DNA from: Tubulanus polymorphus
Taxonomy: Eukaryota; Animalia; Nemertea
Direction of reading: 5' to 3'
Length of the DNA: 64,000 bases
Assembly: GCF_964204645.1 (NCBI RefSeq)
Contig: NC_134033.1
Span: 12,036,655-12,100,654 of the forward strand
The notes beneath the pieces are model-generated. The model was not told where the DNA came from. It was given only the letters and a program-made list of their open reading frames with translations, and made no database searches. This document shows positions 1 through 12,472 of this stretch, piece by piece (the stretch's first letter is position 1; each line of letters opens with the position of its first letter). The position numbers were made by a program, and so were the translations under genes.

Positions 1-986
1 ATAAAGAATTCCACACCTAAAACCTGTCGGTGGGGTGGGGGATCCTGAGTACTCGAATACCTGACGGGGGATCCTCCCGTGCTAGCATCAAAGGTACCCG
101 ATACGTAATACGGTCTTTAACTATCACTCAGCAGTTAAGTCAGACGGTGACGTAAAATTATCAGCACATCAAAGCAGGAGTCACGATGACTTTAATCAGG
201 GGAAGAGAGAAGTGAGATTTGAGATCGCTGCGAAGACCATACGAAACAGCTTCGCTGCTGGATAAATAAGCGCACGCAAAGAACTTCAACCCCTAAAATA
301 TAACATAAGAAACAAAATAGATTGAGTGGCCAAATTGGTACGGATTAAACGCGGTGTCAAATTTGGCCCATGTCTAAACTCACTCGATACAAATAATGCT
401 TAAACAAAGCGAAGTCAGTCACTTACGGAATCAGTAACGATTCACATGCGATAATCTGACTTGTTTTTGGCAAAAAATGACGGCTATGGACGAAATAAGC
501 ACCATCGTAGACCATCGGATCGTATTTATATTTACAGCTGAAACACGTCCCGATGAAATCGTTTATCCGCTCGATCGCTACGCCGAAATCTACTTACGAA
601 CGCTCTTCATTATTCAGAACGTTACGTTCCAGCAGCGCGCGTCAATTTCAGACGTGAACCGCCGCAACACAGCAACGACCACCGATAACATGAAGAGAAA
701 ATATTCTTAATTCATAACAACCACACATATATACACCACATATATTGCTAGCGTGATCTGGTGAACCATTGAACATGCACTTTATGTGGAAAATGAACAG
801 TCAAAATCGTCATCATCTTTTAAAGTTTCATTTTGTGCTAATTTACTATTTGCTCAAAACAGCTAATTACTCGATAACTCACGCTAATTAATTGTTCAAT
901 ATGGCTTTGCTCCCTTTCTTATTCTTTTTGGCAAACCGTTTAATACCATATATGGGCACACATATCCGTCAAATATAGGAAATGAA

Positions 987-1281
987 TTAACCCTTTCAGT
1001 GCTGACTAATCAATACCCTATAGTGCTGGAAATAATTTGAAAATTTTGAAAAATTCCGCCCTAGTGTGTTAATAACGGGAATATCACTATAGTGCGTCTA
1101 CGCCGCGGCGCAGTGTATCGTTAATAACTAATATTTCACTATGTTTGACAGGTGCTGCCATCTTTCAATAGAGATAAAAACTAATTACTAATTACACCAA
1201 TACACCGCAGTGCGGTGTACTAGCAAAATCCATCACCGATTCATACACTGCACTGCAGTGTATACGCACTGAAAGGGTTAA
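987..1281 (+). mobile_element. piggyBac-like MITE (TTAA target, CCCTTTCAGTGC TIR), about 290 bp
   Basis: TTAA|CCCTTTCAGTGC ... GCACTGAAAGGG|TTAA. The internal sequence is shared with at least five other copies in the window. Confidence 0.85.
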
Positions 1282-1461
1282 ATCATTGCATGGTCAACTG
1301 TTGAATATGGTCATTTCATCTCAAATGGTTTTTCTGAACCCCGTCGTGTACTGCAACCTCTTTTTTTCAGTTAAAAAAAATCTGTTATTTTCGGTTTTTA
1401 TGTAAGTGTTTTATGTAAGGTAGTCAACAGCGCTGATGCTGCTGTGACACACGGTGCCACC

Positions 1462-1464
<3 letters not shown>

Positions 1465-1546
<82 letters not shown>
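1465..1546. repeat. (TA)n microsatellite
   Basis: About 41 perfect TA units. Confidence 0.98.
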
Positions 1547-1549
<3 letters not shown>

Positions 1550-4500
1550 CGTGCTCGGATCTCGACGACGCGCGCAAATAAATGTCAAAAGTGCTCACAA
1601 CTTTGGTTCTATCCCCTAGGAGTCTAGTGTTTCTATGGTTACCGTCTTATGTAAGATAACGTTGTTGTTTATTTCGTCGTAAGCGGCGTCAAAATTCAGA
1701 ATGTTCGGGGTCAACATCGCGAAATCCCGATGACAATACGAATATTGTTGTCCTTGTTTTCCTGTAGTTACTAGAGCGGGCGGTCCATCGGTACGAGACC
1801 AAGGAATATAACGGCAACGCGAGTGCGGAAACATCGCGATGACTATGGTTCATGTTTTCGTAAAAATACCGAAAAAAAATGTTGCGCTCCGCGATAAACA
1901 AGATTCACTCGACAGATTTCTGTTGTTGAGAGATTGTAAACGTTACCAAAAGGCTTCCCTCGATATGCCGCGCTGCCGCACAAGATGGCGTGACTATTTG
2001 AAGCTCTGTACGCACGACAAGCCATTTAACGTGAAACTAATTCAGAGGCTTGTTTCGTGACTGTGTAAATAGGTAACCGCAAAAACACTAACTATCCCAC
2101 CAGATGGCGTGACGAGCACTGACAGTGACATCGATATTAGTCTATTGACAATCAACTTTGAACTGAATTTTTAGACTCCCGAACCTGTACTTTTTATCAC
2201 AGGTCCCATCAAATATAGATTGCATTACTAGTGATTCGTGTATTTTTTCATCTTTAATTGATTAAATTCGTTTTTAACTGAAATTTATTAGAACATGAAC
2301 ATGACATTCATGGGTCATTCATGGGTCCTCACTTGCCTTGAGTGGAATCATTGCCCCAGGGAAACCATTCACACTAGTCTCAAATGAATCAATACCTGTT
2401 TGACACTGGCCAATTTAGCCGACCAAATTTTAGCATGGGTAAAATGATAACGCGTGAATTGCTATCTGGCTTTGGAAGTGACTCGAAGCAAAGGGCAAAT
2501 TTGATTTGGTCCAGACCAGTTTGACCCGGACTAAATCATCTCCCCTCGAGTCGACTGTGCGCATGGTACTAAAACGTGCTAGGATTTAAGACGACTTACT
2601 TGAACTTTCGAATGGCACCGTGTTCGTTTGAAATGTAACATTCAACTAACGGCGAATCGGCAGACGTTTCATCCATATCAAACAAAAAACCAGTTTCATC
2701 GATTCATTCAATGAATCGGCAGCGATTCATCACCCCCGATATAGGCCTACAGTTCCTAGATTCCGACGGTCAGTTGATAATTCCACTATTGAATAAAGTC
2801 AATTCTGAAACTACCAGTGTGTCACGGGGTGGGGGGGGGGGCAGTGTGCCGCGGGGGGCGGCCGTTAGTGTCACCGTGTTAGAAATCGTTAAAGTCACAC
2901 TCCATGTGTCCATGTGGGATATTTAGGAATTCCGACATTATTTTCTGTAAGTGAATAAACAGCGACGCCATTACGATTTATCCGTTTTCCAATTGAGTTT
3001 CTTTGCCTCCAGATTTTGGTGCTCTTACTCTCCTCAGGTCTACCTGTCACCGAAATGTCAATCATGTTTTATTCAGCAGAGCAACTCCGTAATGATTTAT
3101 CCATTTTTTGATCGCGATGCACATTTGGTTTGAATTCTCAGGTCTACCTGTCACCCAAAAACCAATTAGAGGATGCACTTCAGCAAACGGTTATCCGGTT
3201 TTCAATTTGAGTTATTTTTCACATTTCACTCGGCCTGAGAACTACCCATCACGTAGATCATAGATCCATTACGATTTATCCAGTTTTTTTTAAGTTTTTC
3301 TTCAGATTTCAAAGAGCTTGGCGCTTGAATTCGACTGTCCCTCAATCGTAGAAAAATCGCCATCGGTTTCTAGGGAATATAAGCAAAACAGTCTATTTCG
3401 ATGGAAACGTGTTTTTCAACCGGTCCCGGTTCAGTAGACACACCGTTTAATCGAAAATCATTCGATTTTTTGTTGAATTTTCAAATTTCGGAAAATTTTT
3501 CCGAGCCGCGCTTCGCCGAGACGTTTATATTTTCATTTAATTTCCCGAGTTGCGCGTCGCAAAAACACGACGAACATTTCAAGCCGTCTCAAACGATCCG
3601 TAAAGAAAACTTCAATGTTTTTCGCGCTCCCTTTCTTTCGGCGGATCGTCGTCTTTAACAACGGTTGTCGTCGCGGTAATTTCAATTCCAACGTCGTCGT
3701 CTTCAACTGACGCCCGACGCAGAAAAAATCTCGTTTCTAGTCGATATGAAATATTTCCACCACTTAAAATCGCGCCCGTTTTTATTATTAATAATAAAGG
3801 GAATAAATATCTCGTTTAAAGCGTGCCCTCTCGCTTTCGAGTGTCGCGCCACTTCCGCTGATGAAAACGGAAACATATATATATATACATATACGTACAT
3901 GTAATATGTCTCTTTATTGGAATTCGATAGAAAAATATCTTGCGCGCGACGTTTGATCCCCGAACAGTTGCGTTGTGTACATCGACCCCGACCCCCAGGG
4001 GGATGAAGAGAATAGTCTACATCGAGACCACAATGACAGATCGCATAATATGTGACCTCGTCGCTCCGAACTAGTTTTTCATTCTTTCCAGTTTCCGAAG
4101 CCTCTCGCTGTTCAATGTCTTTCGCAGTTTTTGCCGCAACTCCTGGCCGGTGTTTGAACCAAAATAAGAACAAGGGTTTGAGTAATATCAATTATTATTA
4201 ATATATTATATAATATCATTATATTAATGCCTGGGAGTGAACCCTCTACTTCGTTTTTCACTCCCACCTCCCTGGTAGTATATATATATATACGTATGCT
4301 TCTTCCAGTTTTCTCATGACGGAGCCCCGGAGTGGTTCTTCAAATCATGCTAGTTCCGTAAATATGTTATCCTGTTTCTTTTAAATTCTAAATTGTAATT
4401 TTCTACTCTTTTTTCTACCCTTTTTTTCCTTTATTGCATTATATACTTGTATGTTTTACTGTAAAACTTTTAAGTTGTAATAAAGAATTGAATTGAATTG

Positions 4501-4834
4501 AAATTGAATTATCAAACATGTTTCATATCATCCAATGGCCGGTTTTTAAATGTATATTTTGCCGGTAACAGCAGAGTCAGCAATTTAGATTTAAGGGCCT
4601 GAAGAGCGTATGCTCACCGGGCTTTGGGCATGATCTCTGGGGATCTTCGCTTAAAACTACAATCATCCAAACTTTGAAGGCCTTAGGCCTTAGATAGAAA
4701 TATGATAAATACATGACCGAATTGACTGAATTGAGAGGTATAGTTGCCCATAGAACTCGATCTATGAGTTGCCAAATGGTTTATGCCATAGAGTTCCTAT
4801 TGGTGGCAGACTTTCTTCCCTCCCCTCATTACGC

Positions 4835-5090
4835 TTATTCCTTTCAGTGCAGACAAACTGCTGGAGATAATTTGAAAATTTAGGAAAAATCCACCCCGGT
4901 AATGGGCATACTGCTATAATGGGTCTACACCTTGGTACGGTGTATCGTTAATTACTGATATTTCTCCATGGTTGACAGGTGCCGCCATCTTTCAATAGAT
5001 ACTAACTAATCAGTAATAGCATTGATACATCGCAATAAAGTTCATCGATTAATACATCGCACTGCAGTGTAGATGTATAGGAAGGGTTAA
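4835..5090 (+). mobile_element. piggyBac-like MITE copy, degenerate
   Basis: CCTTTCAGTGC ... GAAGGGTTAA, with the internal TTGACAGGTGCCGCCATCTTTCAATAGA block. Confidence 0.75.
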
Positions 5091-6453
5091 TCGGGGGGGG
5101 GACCTTGAAAGCAATAAAATTCCGTATTTGACAGGTTGTGAGACAAAGTCAGCGCAGAACACCCGCAAACCACGACACGGGGAGCTGAACATCGCTTAAC
5201 TCCATTCATGTGTACACAAATATCTACGAGATGAGATTATCATATAGCGAGGGATAATAGTGAATGTTAACATATACAGATGACATGAGCAACACGGACA
5301 GAGTTATTAATAGCATGACGACAACGGATCACACACAGATTTCTGAGACTTTTAACGGCAAATATAGTGTGTGTCTCTGCGCGAACGAACGAGCGCCTAG
5401 ACTATTAGTTAATAGCAGTCTGAGACCGATATCTAATGACAATAATGATGATGCTCTGACATTTTCAACAGACGCTACGCAAGAGAATGAAGATAACGTT
5501 GTAATTGTTGACGTACATTTTTTACTGCTCCATTCTATTCTATCAGAATGAATATTCAGGCATCCCTGAATTAGAGGAGTTTTTGGATTCAATTTGATTC
5601 TGAAGCGTTAATAAAAAAAGGAGACTAACTCAAACTCCAAAATTACTATGCGTTATAGTTCCCATTGCATTTTGAATATGTTGTATGTACGGCCAATAGC
5701 TAAATTTTTAGCTCCATTTTTTACACTGCGCAACTCATGCTAAACCAGGCCCAGTTCCAAAGTTGTCAGTGAAAATGTGACTGGGTACGAATGAACCGAG
5801 TCCAATTCCAAGAAATGAACTCAAATAGATAAATTGATTTAACCGTAGGCGGACATAACATAAAACTCTGGTACTTGGCCAAGGGATCTAATGGTTCCGA
5901 TCCAGTTTTCCGCAGCGGGAAAATATTTACAAGGCTTAACTCAATTTATGGTCCAAGCATCGATGTATCAATAGGAGAGATAAGCAGTGGTCGGGTCTAT
6001 TTTATGTCATCAGTCACTGGTGTCCGGATAACCATCAATTCAGACCATTTCGTGTACTTTTAATATGTCGTTTACTCAGACGCACTGCGTTTATATGCAG
6101 TGTATTTCGGTCATAACTTGACACACGCACTCGAGCCATAAATAATCGTTTAAAGTCCGCATACAGCACGACGACTGATGGGAGATAGGAAGCTAAATGT
6201 AATGAACACGACGTGGATGAGTCAATGAAACCATCCCTCACGACTAGACAGAGACAGAATCAAAAATTCTCACACAGCCACCAGTCACACTTGTGTAAGT
6301 CACACCAGGTGATGCACAATGATGTGCATCGATAGCGTCTACAGGCTTTCTTATTCTTTTCCAACGCGCAGAGCACCACCTGGGACATTCTTTAACAGGT
6401 TTGAGCTTTCTTTTCCTCTCAACCTACCAACCATCACTCGGGGCCATTGACAG

Positions 6454-6456
<3 letters not shown>

Positions 6457-6524
<68 letters not shown>
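6457..6524. repeat. (AT)n microsatellite
   Basis: About 34 perfect AT units. Confidence 0.98.
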
Positions 6525-6526
<2 letters not shown>

Positions 6527-6874
6527 TATTGACGGGCCCGCACTGCAACTCAAACGACAGAAAGAAGTGGATGAAGAAATCTATCCGATGGACACTGAAC
6601 GAGAGTTATAGCGCACGACGATGAGGACTGCTGAATATCGCATCGAGGACCATTTTTCTATTTTCGGCGACGAAGTATCATCAAGAATCAGCTGTTTCGC
6701 GGATGAACGCTAACTCCTCAGACGGCCGCAATCGATCGGAACGAAACCAGAGGCAAAGAAAACCGATTCTTTCCATACCCATTATCAATTCGTGCCTCCA
6801 AAAAGAGAATACCCACGGTCTCACTACCAGCGGCGAATCGGTTACAGCAGTTCACTGGTTTTCAGCAACAGGCG

Positions 6875-7129
6875 TTTACCCTTTCAGCGCATCTACACCG
6901 CAGTACGCTGTATCGATGTCCTCGGCAATATATTTTAATCTCTATTGAAAGATGGCAGCACCTGTCAAACATGGTGAAGTATTAGAAATTAATGATACAC
7001 CGCACCACGGTGTAGATGCACTAATGTGATATGTCCGTTATTCAACACACCGGGGACGGAATTTTTCTAAAGTTTTTGAATTATTCACGGCACTTTCAGG
7101 TATTCGTCGGTGAGCGCTGAAAGGGTTAT
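6875..7129 (-). mobile_element. piggyBac-like MITE copy, reverse orientation
   Basis: CCCTTTCAGCGC ... GCGCTGAAAGGG; internal TCTATTGAAAGATGGCAGCACCTGTCAAACAT is the reverse complement of the family core. Confidence 0.8.
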
Positions 7130-8404
7130 CTATCTTAAACCGAAGTCTCGATGTTCTTCCTTCTCGAGTGAAAACGCTCGTACGGCCGGGTAAGCTTCGT
7201 AAGACCTGGATATTTCTTTTATAAATTCCTAATTTTCTACGCCAATAATCTGGATAGAACTGAATGATGACGAAGCGAGATTCATAGTTTAGAAGTATCT
7301 AGAAAATTAGCCGCGAACAGTAAATTGACATCATTGTTGGAACTGATAGATGCAGTGTCAATGAGATCTCAATGACTGATGCATCTTTAACGTCATTAAT
7401 AGCGGAGGAGTGAGACACATTATACACAGTGTGCGTACTCCGTTAGTGTATTAACCTCCTGGTGACTAGTCGCACCTTTTATCACGTCGTTTTCATAACC
7501 TTTCAAACTGCACAACATTTCGTATGACATTACCAGTTAAAAACTGGTGCCAGTAGTAGTCATCATAGCTAACATTCAAAACCAGTTGAACACCAACTAA
7601 GTTTAAAAACCAACCTAAAAAAACTTAAGAAGATCCGTCTTGAGATTTTCTTCAAAATGAATTGGGCCGAGTTGCGTACAGTCTTGGTTTACATTCAAGA
7701 GCATCTAAAATCTATAGCCAAAGTAACGACTTAAGACCACTTTAGGACTATGTCTCGTAGAACTATTGGGCAACTTAATGATTTTTATCGCTAATCAGGC
7801 TCATACATTGATTTTTCTGGGGGGACCAGAGAAACCTGAAAAGGGCAGTTCTATTGGATATAACAATAATATTAGCAATAAGGGCACATTTCCAAAATAA
7901 AAACAACTACCCTCCCCTCGCTGTATATGGGCCAAAGGGTAAATACGGAGGTTATATATCCCCGAGTCTTCGCTCGGTCATACGGTGTACAGGGTGGCGG
8001 TGTCTGCTACATATCTTTATTGACTTACTACACTTTATCGGAGCGCGGTTACAATATTCAACATTAATAGAACTTCATCATCAGTCGAGTGATGATAGTT
8101 ACGAGACGACGCCGCGCGGATCCGATATGTAATCATTACAGCCATTATTATTAAAGATCGAACTCTGAAGACGTTCAAGAGTAAAGTCATCATCATCGTC
8201 ATCATCGTCGTCGAGTTCTAGTTATGAAACCCTTTGCCTGCCAACGCCCATATACACCGTTTGCACTAGGCTATATTCGCAATCTTTGATTTTCCATACA
8301 TTTTCCAGCACCAAATATCCATATTTCCATATCATGGCTACTAAATGAGATATGAGCTTAGATTCAAGAAGGCAGAATGTGTACTTTGCAAATACAAGTT
8401 ACTC

Positions 8405-8690
8405 TTAACCCTTTCAGTGCTGACCCAAAAGTGCTGGAGATGATCTAAAATTTTGAAAAATTCCACCCCAATGTGTTGAATAATGGGAATATCGCTTTAA
8501 TGTATCTACACCGCGGTGCAGCGTATCATGAGTTACAAATATTTCACTATGTTTGACACAAGCTCTGCAATCTTTCAATCGAGATAAAAACTATTTACTA
8601 ATTACATCAATACATGGCGATGCAATGTACTGGCAAAGTCCATCACTGATAATACACCGCACTGCGGTGTAGATGCACTGAAAAGGTTAA
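8405..8690 (+). mobile_element. piggyBac-like MITE copy
   Basis: TTAACCCTTTCAGTGCTGAC ... GCACTGAAAAGGTTAA. Confidence 0.82.
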
Positions 8691-9010
8691 AAAGTATCTT
8701 TAAAAAAAGTATCGACGGAAATCATAAAATCGACGCCGCTGCTACAAAGATCAAATTAAAAATCGATCTTTTATTTTCAGATTGTTGTCTTAGATCGGCA
8801 ATCGAAACCAATAAATGGCCCCCAGTTATAAAAACATTCAATTCTTTATCGCTCCGTCACACAGTTATACATTATCGGATGGTGTAGATAAAAAAGATTA
8901 CATCAAGATAACACGAAAAACAATATGATCAAACGTTACCCAGAAAATTAAATAGAAATCTTAAGATGGAAAGTTTAATACTTTTGTAAAACCTATCGCC
9001 CAAATCCTCC

Positions 9011-9893
9011 ATGATCCACCAGACCTCATCCCACCCGATTCACCAGACCTCATCCCACCCGATTCACCAAACCTCATCCCACCCGATTCACCAAACCTCA
9101 TCCCACCCGATTCACCAAACCTCATCCCACCCGATTCACCAAACCTCATCCCACCCGATCCACCAAACCTCATCCCGCCCGATCCACCAGAACTCATCCC
9201 ACCCGATCCACCAGACCTCATCCCACCCGATCCACCAGACCTCATCCCACCCGATCCACCAGACCACATCCCACCCGATCCACCAGAACTCATCCCACCC
9301 GATCCACCAGACCTCATCCCACCCGATTCACCAAACCTCATCCCGCCCGATCCACCAGAACTCATCCCACCCGATCCACCAGACCTCATCCCACCCGATT
9401 CACCAAACCTCATCCCACCCAATCCACCAGACCTCATCCCACCCAATCCACCAGACCTCATCCCACCCGATCCACCAGACCTCATCCCACCCGATCCACC
9501 AGACCTCATCCCACCCGATCCACCAGACCTCATCCCACCCGATCCACCAGACCTCATCCCACCCGATCCACAAGAACTCATCCCATCCGATCCACCAGAA
9601 CTCATCCCACCCGATCCACCAGACCTCATCCCACCCAATCCACCAGACCTCATCCCACCCGATCCACCAGACCTCATCCCACCCGATCCACCAGACCTAT
9701 TCCCACCCGATCCACCAGACCTCATCCCACCCGATCCACCAGAACTCATCCCACCAGATCCACCAGACCTCATCCCACGCGATTCCCCAAACCACATGCC
9801 ACCCGATCCACCAGACCTCATCCCACCCGATCCACCAGAACTCATCCCATCCGATCCACCAGACCACATCCCACCCGATCCACCAGAACTCAT
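9011..9893. repeat. 24-bp minisatellite (GATCCACCAGACCTCATCCCACCC)n, about 37 copies
   Basis: Direct tandem periodicity; it gives spurious 8-aa repeat ORFs on both strands. Confidence 0.97.
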
Positions 9894-10799
9894 TTGCACA
9901 GTTAAGAACCAGTAGCTGTTAATTCAGTGTGGCAGGTGCACAGGTATTGCTGTCATTCAATTCCTGTAGTTATCACTGTACAGTAATTCTACACTGATAA
10001 CCCTCTCTTCATACACCGAGCTGTATTTATATTGGCTGTATCGGAGAGATGTTTAATAATACGATAAGCAAAAGGAGAATAATAGGTTCTTGAATCCCAT
10101 CGGAGAATTTGATAACTTGCCCTCGTAGCTTGGTAGATAGTGTGCATACCGTTCAACCATGAAGCCAAAATTCTGGATTGATAAGTCCGTTAAAGTCATC
10201 TAGTTTAAAACCTTATAATGCCATATGCGTATATGGTTTAAAGCCCCATAAAGCTACATCGTGGAATTAGGGAATCGTCATCCATGTCAGTCTTCATGTA
10301 TTAGCGCGTAGTACTATATGGTTCAATTTCGGAATATTTTTACCATAAGAAACAGGAGTGATAATCCATACATCGGATTATAAGAAATGAGATTAAAAGT
10401 CTAAATCTAATCGATACATTTCACATTTTCATCATATTTCGCACATTCAATTTGCGCTTCTTTCAAAATCATCGTACCGCGAATATTATTTCTAAATATT
10501 TCTCGAGACGAGCAATTTCAATTGAGGAAGACTCGATATCTCATCTCGATATCTCATCTCTGTTGAGTAAAACGGTTGAGATAACTCGCGCGATCGATAT
10601 ATCGCGCACGAAATATTATTGACCGCGGGCGTAAAAACGAGAATATGATCCACGACCGCTTATATAGCAATCACAAATCTCATCGGAGTCATAAAACAAT
10701 ACGATATATCGTCAAAAACATCGATCATGAAATCATCCCCAGTGACAATTCTATCAATCTCTCATATTATTCTATCGCTCCCCGTTGTCCCTCGCTATA

Positions 10800-11225
10800 C
10801 AGTCCATTCCCTCACTCCGCGTCTATCATCCCCCTCACTCCCCGTCTATCATTGTCTCACTCCCCATCTATCATCCCCTCACTCCCCATCTATCATCCAC
10901 CTCACTCCCATCTATCATCCCCCTCACTCCCCGTCTATCATCCCCTCACTCCCGTCTTTCACCACTCACTCCCTGTTTATCATCCCCCTCACTCCCTGTA
11001 TATAATGCCCTCACTCCCATCTATCATCCCCTCACTCCCATCTATCACCACTCACTCCCCGTCAATCAACCCCTCACTCCCGTCTATCATCCCCTCACTC
11101 CCATCTATCACCACTCACTCCCTGTTTATCATCCCCCTCACTCCCTGTATATAATTCCCTCACTCCTCGTCTACCACCCCCCTCACTCCCTAACTATCAT
11201 CCCCTCACTCTCTCCCATCTTCCAT
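10800..11225. repeat. C-rich minisatellite of about 22-25 bp (CTATCATCCCCTCACTCCC core)
   Basis: Recurring CTATCATCCCC(C)TCACTCCC units of variable length. Confidence 0.9.
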
Positions 11226-11910
11226 TTCTCTCTCTAACCTTCTATCCTTATAAACCCACCCACTCTTTGACACAGCCCTTTTTTCTATGATATCTAATCT
11301 CAGTATTTAGCTGTGTGAGTGTGAGCGGTTCATATCAGTGTTTATCGATTCACAGTTTTCTGCTCGTAGACTGTAAATGTTTTCTTTTTCGTTTATCTTC
11401 GGAACAAATGACGGAGGCTTACAGAGAAATGGAGCGATATACATGAGATTGTCTCTCGTGTAGTCGATATGAATAGTGATGCCGCTAAACGCTATAGCTC
11501 ATCCTAACAGCACAGAAATGTCAACTGCGCGTGTATCACATCCGCTGCCTGTGGGCAGGATTTCATAGAAAAATATTAATGTGCCATCGGGCAGAAAATA
11601 CGACAAGCGTACCTACAATTAATGATAGACTATACACCATAGTCTGATGATAATAAGTTGAAGTAAACTGACTTGACACCTGATACAGAAAGGCAAAGGC
11701 TACTGTAAATATGGGATAATGCAAAGTAGATTCAATGTATGAATAAATCCATCTGATAGGGCAGAGATGTATCTAGTGAGAGCAAGGGGCTGCTGAGAAT
11801 GAGGGTAGAGAGAAGACTGAGAATGAGGGGTACAAGATGAGAGAAGAGAGCTGAGAATGAGTGGAGAAAAAAGAGATGGCTGATCGTGTGGAGAACAGCT
11901 GAGGGTGAGG

Positions 11911-12472
11911 GAAGAGAGGAGAGGGCCGAGAGATGAGAGGGCCAAGAGAGGAGAGGGCCGAGAGATGAGAGGGTTGAGAGAGGAGAGGGTTGAGAGAGGA
12001 GAGGGTTGAGAGAGGAGAGGGCCGAGAGAGGAGAGGGCCGAGAGAGGAGAGGGCCGAGAGATGAGAGGGTTGAGAGAGGAGATGGTTGAGAGAGGAGAGG
12101 GCCGAGAGAGGAGAGGGCCGAGAGAGGAGAGGGCCGAGAGATGAGAGGGTTGAGAGAGGAGAGGGTTTAGAGAGGAGAGGGCCGAGAGAGGAGAGGGCTG
12201 AGAGAGGAGAGGGCCGAGAGAGGAGAGGGCCGAGAGAGGAGAGGGCCGAGAGAGGAGAGGGTTGAGAGAGGAGAGGGTTGAGAGAGGAGAGGGTTGAGAG
12301 AGGAGAGGGCCGAGAGGAGAGGGCCGAGAGAGGAGAGGGTTGAGAGAGGAGAGGGTTGAGAGAGGAGAGGGCCGAGAGGAGAGGGCCAAGAGAGGATAGG
12401 GTTGAGAGAAGAAAGGGCTGAGAGAGGAGAGGGCTGAGAGGAGAGGGCCGAGAAAGGAGAGGGCTGAGAGGG
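11911..12472. repeat. 16-bp polypurine minisatellite GAGAGGG(CC/TT)GAGAGAG
   Basis: About 35 units, almost entirely purine on the plus strand. Confidence 0.95.

Noticed and set aside
8961-9922. 312-aa (SGGSGGMR)n and 303-aa (HPIHQTSS)n ORFs resembling Gly-rich structural proteins
   Set aside because: They come from a stop-free 24-bp minisatellite that is open on both strands. There is no signal peptide, and the unit variants are mostly non-synonymous.
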